Under the pieces are notes generated by a model. That model searched no databases and was not told the origin of the DNA. It was given only the letters and a program-made list of their open reading frames with translations. A stretch of 64,000 bases of DNA. Origin: an uncultured virus (IMG/VR IMGVR_UViG_3300031539_000016) (Duplodnaviria > Heunggongvirae > Uroviricota > Caudoviricetes). Position 1 is the stretch's first letter; every line of letters starts with the position of its first letter. This document shows positions 30,100-39,392 of the stretch, in pieces. A program made the translations under genes and the position numbers. The stretch is taken from IMG/VR virus record IMGVR_UViG_3300031539_000016; one strand, given 5' to 3'.

Positions 30100-30777
30100 A
30101 AGGTTTATTTACTGATTAAAGGAGATCATTATGAAACGGAGAGAATGGCATATGCAGGAAGAAAAATTTTTAATAGATAACTATGCTATTCTAACTATAA
30201 AAGAACTTAAAAACGGTTTGGAAGAACTTGCAAATAAAGACAGAAATGAAAGGTTCCCAAAAATAGTTAGAACACCTGATTCTATTAATGCCAAAATCAA
30301 AAGACTTAAAGCTAATAGCAAAATTGAAGGTCAAAAGGATGAAACAGCCGTGCAAAGGTCTTTAACACAGCGTAGAAAAGATGTATAGTTAATATGAATC
30401 ATAAACTAATATTTATGCGGGATAATGAAAATTTAATTAAAAGAAATAGATGGGAATCACCTAGAACAGTCATGGTATTAAAATAATCTTATTAAACTAG
30501 GAGATTAACATGAGCGAAAATCAAGGGAATCTATGTAAAACGTGTCGCTGGAGATTTAGAAGAGTTTTCATACCTATACATCCAGAAGAATACGAGGATG
30601 CTGATGGTAATACTATGGTCGCTGGAGAAAATAATATAATTATTTCAAATCAATGTTTAGTAACAGAAATGGATATAGATGGGGAGGCGACTATAGAATG
30701 TTCTCATTTTATTGAAAGGGAAGAAAAAACAAGCGCCCTTTCTTTTTTCAAGCATATATAAATAAAAGGAATAGGAA

Positions 30778-31290
30778 TTGAATGTGGTAGAATTTAATAA
30801 GAATCAAAAATTATTACCTGCTACAGATATAGACAAACAAAAATCTTACACGGGTGACAATTATGAGCAACGCACTCCTAAGTGGATTATGAAAAGTAGC
30901 GTATACATAGAAGCCTTCAAGGGCCCTAAAATTGTTTACGATTATTTGTGGCGAAGTATAATTAGAGCTCCAACAACTAATGATAGGTATAATGTATATG
31001 AAAATTATTATTGCCGCAATCAACTTGCTTGTGCGCCTAGTATTAAAACTATCGCAAAAAATTGTAATATCTCAGAGGGCAGTACTAAAAGATACTTAAA
31101 TCATTTAAAAAAGTGTGGGCTTGTACAAAAGTTTACTACACCTTCTCAATACATACCTAAAGCACCTAAAGATAAGAAATATAACGATATTAAGAATATA
31201 TATGTATTAGGATTTATTACATACGACAAAATAGAAGACAAAGATAAAGAAATAACTTTTTTAGAAGATTTATGTCGTAAAAGTCAATAG
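30778..31290 (+). CDS. HTH replication-initiator-like protein
   Basis: PSIKTIAKNCNISEGSTKRYLNHLKKCGLV winged-HTH pattern; directly followed by direct repeats. Confidence 0.65.
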   Translation: MNVVEFNKNQKLLPATDIDKQKSYTGDNYEQRTPKWIMKSSVYIEAFKGPKIVYDYLWRSIIRAPTTNDRYNVYENYYCRNQLACAPSIKTIAKNCNISEGSTKRYLNHLKKCGLVQKFTTPSQYIPKAPKDKKYNDIKNIYVLGFITYDKIEDKDKEITFLEDLCRKSQ

Positions 31291-31354
31291 CCGGGCCAAA
31301 TATGGCCTCGTGGCCGGGCCAAATATGGCCTGGGGCCCGGGCCAAATATGGCCT
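31291..31354. repeat. three 18-bp iteron-like repeats CCGGGCCAAATATGGCCT, 23-bp period
   Basis: copies at 31291, 31314 and 31337, followed by an AT-rich tract. Confidence 0.9.
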
Positions 31355-31507
31355 TAAAATAACTATAAGCTTTAATAAGTATAAATAATAATTATGTGCT
31401 GCGCACAAAAAACTCCTGCTTCAAAAGATTTTCTTTGTAGTAGAAAAGAAACAGTTATTGTTTAAAATTTTAATTTATAAATTTTTAGAATTACGGAGGA
31501 ATTATTT

Positions 31508-32089
31508 ATGAGCGTGCCTTATGTGATTGAAGGATCTGGAAATAAGGAAAAAGTATATGATTTGTATTCAAGGCTTTTAAAAGATAGGGTGGTATTTATA
31601 GGTAAAAGTTTTACTGAAGATTTGGCTAATTCGGTAGTAGCTCAGTTATTGTTTTTGGAGGCGGATAATTCTAGTGAAGATATTATAATTTATATTAATA
31701 GTCCTGGCGGATATGTATCTGCATCAACAGCTATTTTCGATACGATGAATTACATAAAACCAGATATAAGTACTATTTGTATAGGACATGCGGCAAGTGC
31801 AGCCGCATTTATTTTAGCATCTGGAACTAAAGGTAAGAGGTATGCTTTAAAGAACTCTAGAATTATGTTACACCAAGTTTCTGGTGGGGCTGGTGGTCAC
31901 ATAGAGGATATGAAGATAGCAGTTAAAGAAACAGAATTTCTGAATGATAAAATGATAGAAGAACTGGCTAAAATTACTAAGAAATCGGTTAAAAGAATTA
32001 AACAAGATTTAGATAGAGACTATTTTATGAGCGCCGAAGAAGCTAAAAAATATGGGATTATTGATGGTGTTTTAACTACAAGGGATTAG
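31508..32089 (+). CDS. clpP: Clp protease proteolytic subunit
   Basis: DLYSRLLKDR, YINSPGG, GHAASAA, IMLHQ, DRDYFMSAEEAKKYGIID. Confidence 0.97.
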   Translation: MSVPYVIEGSGNKEKVYDLYSRLLKDRVVFIGKSFTEDLANSVVAQLLFLEADNSSEDIIIYINSPGGYVSASTAIFDTMNYIKPDISTICIGHAASAAAFILASGTKGKRYALKNSRIMLHQVSGGAGGHIEDMKIAVKETEFLNDKMIEELAKITKKSVKRIKQDLDRDYFMSAEEAKKYGIIDGVLTTRD

Positions 32090-32091
32090 TT

Positions 32092-32691
32092 ATGACTAAG
32101 ATTAAGTATAATAAAGATAAATCTGGTAGAATTCTTATTGGGGGTGGTCCACGAGATATCCAATTGCGACAGCGTTTGTTACAGGCAGAAATGATTAAAC
32201 GCGCAATAAACGACTCTGAAAGTAGTAAAATAAATACCGATGCTGTTAAATCCAAAGAACCAGTGATTGACTTATCCCAATATTTACCTTTGAGTGAGGT
32301 TAAAGAAAAGATATCTTTAGCAGTTGAGTTTACTAAAAAGAATGAAAAAGCGATGTACGAAATAGGTAATCAGAAGCTTATAGAAAAAGATTTAGAAATT
32401 GATAAACTTAAATCAGAACTGTCTATAAAAGAAGAGATATATATGAATTTACAAGTAAAAATGGATAGGATATATGAATCTATATCTAATGGGTCTATCA
32501 AGCCTTTGGTAGGTAGTAAGATGGGTAGGCCAGCATTAGAGGATGAGATATTTATAGATCCGCTTGAAAAGGATGCTGATACATATCTTGATTCACATAT
32601 AAATATAGAAGAATACAAAGCTTCAGAAAAAACATCGGAGCGTGATATAAACACCGACTTGGATAAGCTAAGGAATCTATTAAAGTTATAA
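32092..32691 (+). CDS. coiled-coil hypothetical protein
   Basis: heptad-rich central region; sits upstream of the actin-like gene. Confidence 0.6.
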   Translation: MTKIKYNKDKSGRILIGGGPRDIQLRQRLLQAEMIKRAINDSESSKINTDAVKSKEPVIDLSQYLPLSEVKEKISLAVEFTKKNEKAMYEIGNQKLIEKDLEIDKLKSELSIKEEIYMNLQVKMDRIYESISNGSIKPLVGSKMGRPALEDEIFIDPLEKDADTYLDSHINIEEYKASEKTSERDINTDLDKLRNLLKL

Positions 32692-32703
32692 GGAGAAATT
32701 ATT

Positions 32704-33699
32704 ATGAGTATTAAAGGAGTAGGATTAGATATTGGTACTAGTACTATTATAGCTGCTACTATGAATGAAGAAGGATCCCCTGTTTATAAAAAACAGAGAG
32801 ATGCTTTTTTCAAAATAACCCCTAAGTCAGAAGTTAACCGTAAAAGTATCCAGATGTCTTTAGAAGGACGTAAAGCTAATTTTATTATAGATGGTAACGA
32901 TTTTTTTGTGGTAGGGCAGGACGCGTTATATATGGCTAATGAAAGGAATGTAGAAGCCAGACGCCCTATGAGTAGAGGTGTTTTATCTCCCCGAGAAAAA
33001 TCTTCATTACCAATGCTTAAGCTTATAATTAAAAGCTTAATAGGGAAGAGTTCTGGAAGCGATAAACTTATTTTTTCTGTTCCAGCTGATCCTATAGATA
33101 TTGGGTTTGATATTTTTTACCATGAAGCTATGATCAAAACATATTTAAAAGAAATGGGGTTTAATTCAGAGTCTTTAAACGAGGGATTTGCTATTGCTTT
33201 TTCAGAGCTGTTGGATGATAACTTATCTGGAATGTGTTTATCTTTTGGCGCAGGGATGGTTAATGCAATGGTTTGTTATGAAGGCGATCCTATAGTTCAG
33301 TTCTCTCTCACCAAAGCTGGCGATTGGATAGACACTAGTGTTGGTAAAGCTTTAGATTTAAATGCCTCTATGATTCAGATTGAAAAAGAAGAATCTAAAA
33401 TGGATTTATTAAATCCAAAGGGTAAAATTCAGGAGGCACTTGTAGTTTATTATAATGTTCTTATGAATTATACTCTTGATAATATTGTTTATGAGTTAGA
33501 AAGGGCTAAGCTTCCATCTTTTAGAGAGCCGATTTCTATTGTGGTTTCAGGGGGACTAGTTTTAGCTGATAATTTTGTAGAGAAGTTTAAAGCAGAAGCA
33601 GAGACTAAGAAGTTTCCTTTTAAAATAAAAGAAATTCGTAAAGCAAAGGATCCGTTATATTGTGTAGCTCATGGATGCTTAATGGCATCTATTTTATAA
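32704..33699 (+). CDS. actin-like ATPase (MreB/FtsA/ParM superfamily)
   Basis: VGLDIGTST phosphate-1, NEG.A connect-1, SFGAGM phosphate-2, VVSGG adenosine motif, DPLY.VA.G. Confidence 0.85.
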   Translation: MSIKGVGLDIGTSTIIAATMNEEGSPVYKKQRDAFFKITPKSEVNRKSIQMSLEGRKANFIIDGNDFFVVGQDALYMANERNVEARRPMSRGVLSPREKSSLPMLKLIIKSLIGKSSGSDKLIFSVPADPIDIGFDIFYHEAMIKTYLKEMGFNSESLNEGFAIAFSELLDDNLSGMCLSFGAGMVNAMVCYEGDPIVQFSLTKAGDWIDTSVGKALDLNASMIQIEKEESKMDLLNPKGKIQEALVVYYNVLMNYTLDNIVYELERAKLPSFREPISIVVSGGLVLADNFVEKFKAEAETKKFPFKIKEIRKAKDPLYCVAHGCLMASIL

Positions 33700-33706
33700 T
33701 AACTAT

Positions 33707-33735
33707 CTAGCAAATTTAGTAAAATATTCTATAAT
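33707..33735 (+). promoter_or_regulatory. phage promoter CTAGCA-N17-TATAAT (copy 6), predicted leaderless transcript
   Basis: ATG at 33742 starts 7 nt after the end of TATAAT; no SD. Confidence 0.75.
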
Positions 33736-33741
33736 ATAAGT

Positions 33742-34647
33742 ATGGGAAAGAAGAAATTAGAAATAGAATTTATTAGGTCTGAATTTAAGAAAGAGGGTTA
33801 TAAACTTTTGACTACTGAATATATAAACAGTAAACAAAAGCTTGAATATATTTGTCCAAAAGGGCATAGACATTTTACCGTTTGGTCTAATTGGAAAGCC
33901 GGCCATAGATGCCCTTATTGTGATGGTCAAGGAAAACCAAGTATTAAAACTATTGGGAAGTTTTTTGAATCTGAGGATTATGAATTGCTTTCTGATAAGT
34001 ATGTAAATGATTCTGGTAAACTTTTATATAAGTGTCCTGTAGGGCATATTCATAGTATGCGTTGGGGTAATTTTAGACATGGTAAAAGATGCCCAGAATG
34101 TGATAGAATAAAAAATTCCTTGAATAAGTCTGGAAATAAGCACTATAACTGGAAAGGTGGTATAACAAAGTTTAATAAAGAACTAAGAAATTTTGTCAAA
34201 AAGATAGGTTGGACTAGTGATGTATTTAAGCGTGATAATTACACATGTTGCAGGTGTGGTATCAGGGGGAGTTATTTAATAGCTCATCACATTATACCAT
34301 TGAGTACTATAAGAAAAAAATTTAATATAAGTAGTTTAAAAGATGCTGAAAAATGTGAACTTATTTATGACGTATCTAACGGCGTTACGTTGTGTAGAGA
34401 TTGTCATAAATTGATTCATGATAAATTTTATATTAGGAGGAATTTAGGATTATGTCTGAAGAAAGAGTTGCAGGAATCGTCAAGTGGTTTGTATGAGCCC
34501 TTCGTAAGAGAAATCTTACGTCGAAATCCCTCTAATTCAGGGAAAGCCCTAACGTTTAAAGCCGAGGGTAATCCTGAGCGAAGCCCTACTAAAGGGAACG
34601 TGCAACGATCAGTGGAGACACGTAGATTACAAGCGATTGGTAATTGA
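33742..34647 (+). CDS. HNH homing endonuclease with zinc-ribbon repeats, overlapping csp exon 1 and the intron
   Basis: two Y.CP.GH...G.RCP.C repeats; RDNYTCCRCG, AHHIIP, NGVTLCRDCH. Confidence 0.85.
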   Translation: MGKKKLEIEFIRSEFKKEGYKLLTTEYINSKQKLEYICPKGHRHFTVWSNWKAGHRCPYCDGQGKPSIKTIGKFFESEDYELLSDKYVNDSGKLLYKCPVGHIHSMRWGNFRHGKRCPECDRIKNSLNKSGNKHYNWKGGITKFNKELRNFVKKIGWTSDVFKRDNYTCCRCGIRGSYLIAHHIIPLSTIRKKFNISSLKDAEKCELIYDVSNGVTLCRDCHKLIHDKFYIRRNLGLCLKKELQESSSGLYEPFVREILRRNPSNSGKALTFKAEGNPERSPTKGNVQRSVETRRLQAIGN

Positions 34648-34937
34648 AACGGGGGAGACCTTAAAAGGTTTTGATATGATCTATTCTTATAGGAAACTAT
34701 AAGCAGTTCTTAAAGAACGGCATAAAGAGTAGCGTCTTTATGTGAATGCCAAAAGTCAACGCAGAGAGGGGCTATGGATTTGTATTAAAAGAAGGGGATG
34801 AATCCACTGAATATTTTGTTCATTATAGCTATATTGATATGCAGGGCTATAAGACCCTACGAGCTGGACAGAAGGTTACCTTTGTATTGGTAGAAACCGA
34901 CAAGGGTACCCAGGCTCAAGAAATAATCCCCGAGTAA
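34452..34937 (+). CDS. csp: cold-shock protein, spliced (exons 34452-34488 and 34756-34937, 72 aa)
   Basis: joined exons give MSEERVAGIVKWFNAERGYGFV...YFVHYSYI...GQKVTF...KGTQAQ, restoring the KWFN..RGYGF motif. Confidence 0.9.
34489..34755 (+). mobile_element. group I intron, 267 nt, no internal ORF
   Basis: 5' exon ends in U, intron ends in G; IGS GCCCTT; P AATTCAGGGAAA, Q AATCCTGAGC, R GCAACGATCAG, S GATATGATC (P7 GATCA/TGATC); P3 TCCCTC/GGGGGA. Confidence 0.9.
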
Positions 34938-34948
34938 AGGAGAGATTA

Positions 34949-35401
34949 ATGCTTTTAGCAGAAGCAATAAGGGAAAAGGATTACATAAAAGAGTCTATAG
35001 ACAGTCTTGAGTGGTATATACAAACTCTCATGGTTGTTCAAGATAAAACGGAATTTAAAATAAATAAAGCCTTAATTGAAGGCCGTTTGGAAGAATTAAA
35101 AGAATTGTATAAAAAATTTCAACAGTTTTCCGTTACTATAGCGAGGGCAAAGGCTAAAGCCTCGATTAAGGTAAACGACACTAAACTAAGTTTATTAGAT
35201 GCGGTTTCTATCAAAGAGGTTATGAATTTAAAATTATCTAGTTTTGAACTGGTACTATCTTCTACAAATATTAAAGTTGGCAACGGTGTTTTATGTATTG
35301 ATGTGGATGAGTTATTTAAAGAGATAGAAAACATAAAAATAGATATTAAAACCCTTGATTCAGAAATAGAATATGCATACTGGAATACAGAGGTTTCTTA
35401 A
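34949..35401 (+). CDS. DIP1984-like coiled-coil protein
   Basis: MLLAEAI start, SLLDAV..K, W.TEV end. Confidence 0.55.
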   Translation: MLLAEAIREKDYIKESIDSLEWYIQTLMVVQDKTEFKINKALIEGRLEELKELYKKFQQFSVTIARAKAKASIKVNDTKLSLLDAVSIKEVMNLKLSSFELVLSSTNIKVGNGVLCIDVDELFKEIENIKIDIKTLDSEIEYAYWNTEVS

Positions 35402-35648
35402 TGCTTTTTAAGTATTGGATAGAGTTTGATGAGGACGGGGAAATAAAGGAGTTGTATAAATCTAAATATGAATGTAAGGTTCCGTGTAAAGAATATATAG
35501 TAAAACTAATTCCAATAGACAGGAAGAACGAAGAGCTAACAAAAGGTGCGGATGAAGCCGCTGAGTCGGCTAAACGAATTGTCAAGGGAATTAAAAAACT
35601 GGACACAGAAGTCCACAAAGCTATTAAAGATTTAAGGAGACTTAAGAT

Positions 35649-36305
35649 ATGATTATAGGAATAGTTGGTAAGGCTCGTAGTGGGAAGGATACTTTTGGAG
35701 AATATTTGATTGAATGTTTAAAGGAAAGACATAATAGATTTTTCAGACTTGTGGCGTTTGCCGCACAATTGAAAACTATGTGCAAACTTCATTTTGGGTT
35801 GTCTAACGATCAATTGTGGGGTGATAAAAAAGAGATAGAGGATAAAAGATTTCCTAGATACCCGAATATAAATTGGAGTGGAGCTACATTTAAATGTGGA
35901 ACAGTTATGGAACCCCTTTGTTGCTGGACTCCTCGTGAAATTATGCAAGAATTAGGTAGTTTTTATAGAAGGGTAGACCATGATTTTTGGGTAAGGTCTC
36001 TTGATCAATATTTAAAAAGAATGATTCCGCAAGACGCTATAATTACAGATGTTAGACATATAAATGAATGTCAGTATGTCAAAAATAACGAGGGTATATT
36101 GATTAAAGTTATCAGGGAAGATGCTGATGAAATTCATGGAATGCAGCACGAGTCTGAAACAGCCCTTGATGATAGACCAGAGGGTTATTTTGATTTAACA
36201 GTGGTTAATAATTGGGGACTTAAAGAGCTCCAAGTAGCGGCTGAAGAGTCTTCGGACGCAATAATTATGATTGAGAATCTAATAAATAAAGGGAGGATTG
36301 TATAG
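35649..36305 (+). CDS. deoxynucleoside monophosphate kinase
   Basis: IIGIVGKARSGKDT P-loop, TPREIMQELG, ITDVRH.NE, HESE. Confidence 0.92.
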   Translation: MIIGIVGKARSGKDTFGEYLIECLKERHNRFFRLVAFAAQLKTMCKLHFGLSNDQLWGDKKEIEDKRFPRYPNINWSGATFKCGTVMEPLCCWTPREIMQELGSFYRRVDHDFWVRSLDQYLKRMIPQDAIITDVRHINECQYVKNNEGILIKVIREDADEIHGMQHESETALDDRPEGYFDLTVVNNWGLKELQVAAEESSDAIIMIENLINKGRIV

Positions 36306-36593
36306 AATGGCAAATAGTAAAGGGTGGTCTATTAGTATTTTACCAGAAGAAATTTCTGGTGCAGAAATTGTAAAAAGCGGTGATTATCGTTATGCAAGTG
36401 TAGGGGTTAAAAAAGGGGATAATGAATATATGCGGATTTCATATGAATGGAAGGGCAGCGATATACCTGAGTTTGTTTTAGGACTGATGAAATTTATGTC
36501 GTCAAGTGAGGATAAAGAAGAAATAGACAGGTTGAAAGAAGAACGGGCGGAAGAATACAAGGCATTAAAGGAAAGAATGTCAAAAAGTTAATC

Positions 36594-37361
36594 ATGGCTG
36601 CTAAAATTATACCAATGACAAACAGAATATTTAGCAGGACATTAGTTTTGGGGCCTGCTGGTAAAAATAAACGTGGTCAATTGTTATGGGAATGTAAATG
36701 TGTTTGTGGTAATAAATTTATTACCCTTGGTGTGGAATTACGTAGGAAAAGAGTCAAAAGTTGTGGATGCTATAATAGAGAACAAAGTAGTAAATCGAAT
36801 AGGGGCAAAGGTAATCCAAATTATAGGGGCGGGGTAAAGAAGAGAAACGTTCCTCTCTATGATACATATGCTTTACAAATTTTGTGTGCGGAGAAAGTTA
36901 GGCACAATAAAAAAGATTATAGCATTCTAGAAGTTAAATGTGCTTATTGTGGTAGATGGTTTGTACCTACTATATTAAATGTGCAAAATAGGATAAAGGC
37001 ATTAAATAGTTCTGATGGACGAGAAAATAGATTTTATTGTTCTGATGGTTGTAAACTTATATGCCCTATTTATCGCAAAATTAAATATTCTGGAGATTTC
37101 ATTAAATCTATTTCAAGAGAAGTTCAACCAGAATTAAGACAAATGGTTTTTGAAAGAGATGAATATTTGTGTCAACGATGTGGTGTTGGCGAAGAGTTGC
37201 ATTGTCATCACATTACTGGGATTATGCAAAATCCTATAGAATCAGCCGATGTTGATAATTGCGTAACTTTATGTAAAAATTGTCATGAGTATATACATTC
37301 TCAACGTGGATGTACAAAATATGATTATAGATGTCATAACAGTGTTAAAGGAGAGATATAA
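36594..37361 (+). CDS. HNH homing endonuclease
   Basis: WECKCVCG..SCGC N-terminus; RDEYLCQRCG, HCHHI, NCVTLCKNCH. Confidence 0.85.
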   Translation: MAAKIIPMTNRIFSRTLVLGPAGKNKRGQLLWECKCVCGNKFITLGVELRRKRVKSCGCYNREQSSKSNRGKGNPNYRGGVKKRNVPLYDTYALQILCAEKVRHNKKDYSILEVKCAYCGRWFVPTILNVQNRIKALNSSDGRENRFYCSDGCKLICPIYRKIKYSGDFIKSISREVQPELRQMVFERDEYLCQRCGVGEELHCHHITGIMQNPIESADVDNCVTLCKNCHEYIHSQRGCTKYDYRCHNSVKGEI

Positions 37362-37627
37362 TGGCGCTGCCCGAATCTGCATTTCAAACACCTTACTGGA
37401 TTAGATATAAAGAAGGGGCTACGTTATCAAGGGACAATAAGCTGAGATTTGCCGATATGGATTTGCAATACGATAGCCAGCCTAATCGTAGTTGGAGAAA
37501 CAAGCCTCAACCGGGATATAATGCCCAGAGTCCAAGTATAACTGTAGATAGGGTTATTTTAAGTACAGATACCCCATACATTCGTGCTCGTTAGTATTGG
37601 GGTTTTTTTATTGAAAGGAGAATTAAT

Positions 37628-38200
37628 ATGGAATTAAAGGAAAGGTTAGAATTATTCAAGGAAGAACTAAATCTTATATCCAACACAGCTATTAGGGAAT
37701 TTGTGGAAGCTTGCATAGAAGCTTCTCCTGATTATGTGTTTGAGGATTGCCCTTCAAGTTCAAGTGGAAAATATCATCCACTGGACGAGCTCGGCTCGGA
37801 CGGGACGGTTCTACACACTAAACGTGTTTTTGCGTTGGCGTATGAACTAAGTAGAGGGCTTGATTGTGAGCATCATAGGGATGAGATATGCGCTGCTGCA
37901 CTTTTGCATGATATGGCAAAACGGGGGTTAACAAATCCTGTGCATACAGTAAAAGATCATCCTCAAATAATGGCTAATTTGGTTGCTGAGGTTTATAAGG
38001 AAAGATTTAAAGATAAATTGAATAGAGAACCGGCTTTGATGATTTACTATGGTATTTTATACCATTATGGGCCGTGGAGTGGGAGAGATATAAAAAAACC
38101 TCTTTCTGAATATACACCAGAAGAATTGTGTGTATATGTGGCTGATTATGTGAGCAGTAAGAAGTTTGTGCATATAGACCATAAAAGGATAGGTAATTAA
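37628..38200 (+). CDS. HD-domain phosphohydrolase
   Basis: SSSGKYHP, G..LHT, AALLHDMAK, HYGPW, ADY. Confidence 0.85.
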   Translation: MELKERLELFKEELNLISNTAIREFVEACIEASPDYVFEDCPSSSSGKYHPLDELGSDGTVLHTKRVFALAYELSRGLDCEHHRDEICAAALLHDMAKRGLTNPVHTVKDHPQIMANLVAEVYKERFKDKLNREPALMIYYGILYHYGPWSGRDIKKPLSEYTPEELCVYVADYVSSKKFVHIDHKRIGN

Positions 38201-38454
38201 ATGTGATGGATCGTAGATATATTCCAGAAGGTGGTATAAGAAAACACAATGAAAAGATACACAGAGAAAGTAAGATAGCTGATGATTACAAGAAGCTGCC
38301 TTTTGAATTTTCTAAACCGCCTAAAAATAAAAGACATGAATGGTTTGAATGTATTGAATGTGGGAGAATAATAGCATTGCCAGTAAATACGGTTATGTAT
38401 GCTTGTACTGATTGTAAAAAAGCGACTAAGGTAGAAAAAATAAAGGGGTGAATT

Positions 38455-38937
38455 ATGGAATGGCATGTATGGACTATAGCACAACAAAGGTATAAAAGGG
38501 TAAAGGAGTTTTTGGAAAGTTTGTCGGGGATTAGTGAGTATTTTTATCCTACAGTAATTAAAGAATACCAAACTAAATCTGGTAGAAAAACTAAGAACAT
38601 CCCTCTATTTAGTAATTATATATTTATTAGATATGAATACAATGATTTCATACACGCTAAGATATCCAGTAACAATTGGATTAAAGATTATGTGGGTAAA
38701 TGCTCACAGAAAGAGATGGAGGATGTTTTAATATTATCTAAAAAGAAATATGAGGATTTAGTGCCCACCAGTGAAATACAAAAAGGATACAGCTATAAGT
38801 TGATAGGAACACCGTTTAAAGATATGACTTGTACTGTAGTAGATATAGATGGGGACAAACTGGTTGTATCTGTAGAACTGTTTGGGTCAGGCAGGCTTAT
38901 AAAGTGCTTAATTACTGATATTGACTTAGAAAGGTGA
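38455..38937 (+). CDS. NusG-family transcription factor
   Basis: WHVWT start, PLFSNYIFI NGN motif, GTPFKD KOW, VSVELFG. Confidence 0.85.
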   Translation: MEWHVWTIAQQRYKRVKEFLESLSGISEYFYPTVIKEYQTKSGRKTKNIPLFSNYIFIRYEYNDFIHAKISSNNWIKDYVGKCSQKEMEDVLILSKKKYEDLVPTSEIQKGYSYKLIGTPFKDMTCTVVDIDGDKLVVSVELFGSGRLIKCLITDIDLER

Positions 38938-38941
38938 TACA

Positions 38942-39382
38942 ATGGAAGATATGGTTGTAGTTATTAAAAAGAGGGGCAGGCCGTTTGGCTACAAAGTAAG
39001 TGAGAGTACTAAAGATAAAATAGGTAATTGTAGATTAGGTACTCATCATTCTAAAGAAACTAAAGATAAGATCTCTAAATCTTTAATAGAATATTTTAGA
39101 AAAAGAAATTCGTTATCAACAAATATTGAACAGGAATATGGTTATATATCCAAAGAAATATTCGATTGGATTTATGATAACAAAGACGATATTGATGATA
39201 TTGATTGTGTGATGACCGAAAGAAAACTTTCTTATTTAAGTCAATTGGAGTTGTGTTTGGGCAACGATATAGAAAATTTTTTTGGGCACAACGTTACTCC
39301 GGAATTTTTATTAATATTAAAGGAAGAAATAGAATCAATTTTTGGTAAAGACCGGGTCATAGAATTATGTTCTTTGTTGTAG
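38942..39382 (+). CDS. NUMOD3-motif DNA-binding protein
   Basis: RGRP, SESTKDKIG, HSKETKDKISKSL. Confidence 0.65.
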   Translation: MEDMVVVIKKRGRPFGYKVSESTKDKIGNCRLGTHHSKETKDKISKSLIEYFRKRNSLSTNIEQEYGYISKEIFDWIYDNKDDIDDIDCVMTERKLSYLSQLELCLGNDIENFFGHNVTPEFLLILKEEIESIFGKDRVIELCSLL

Positions 39383-39392
39383 AGGAGATGGT

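Noticed and set aside
31291..31354. CRISPR mini-array
   Set aside because: The gaps between repeats are only 5 nt; iterons fit better.
34746..34937. 63-aa ORF MPKVNAERG as a complete Csp
   Set aside because: It lacks the first beta strand and an SD, and its ATG lies inside the intron; it is exon 2.
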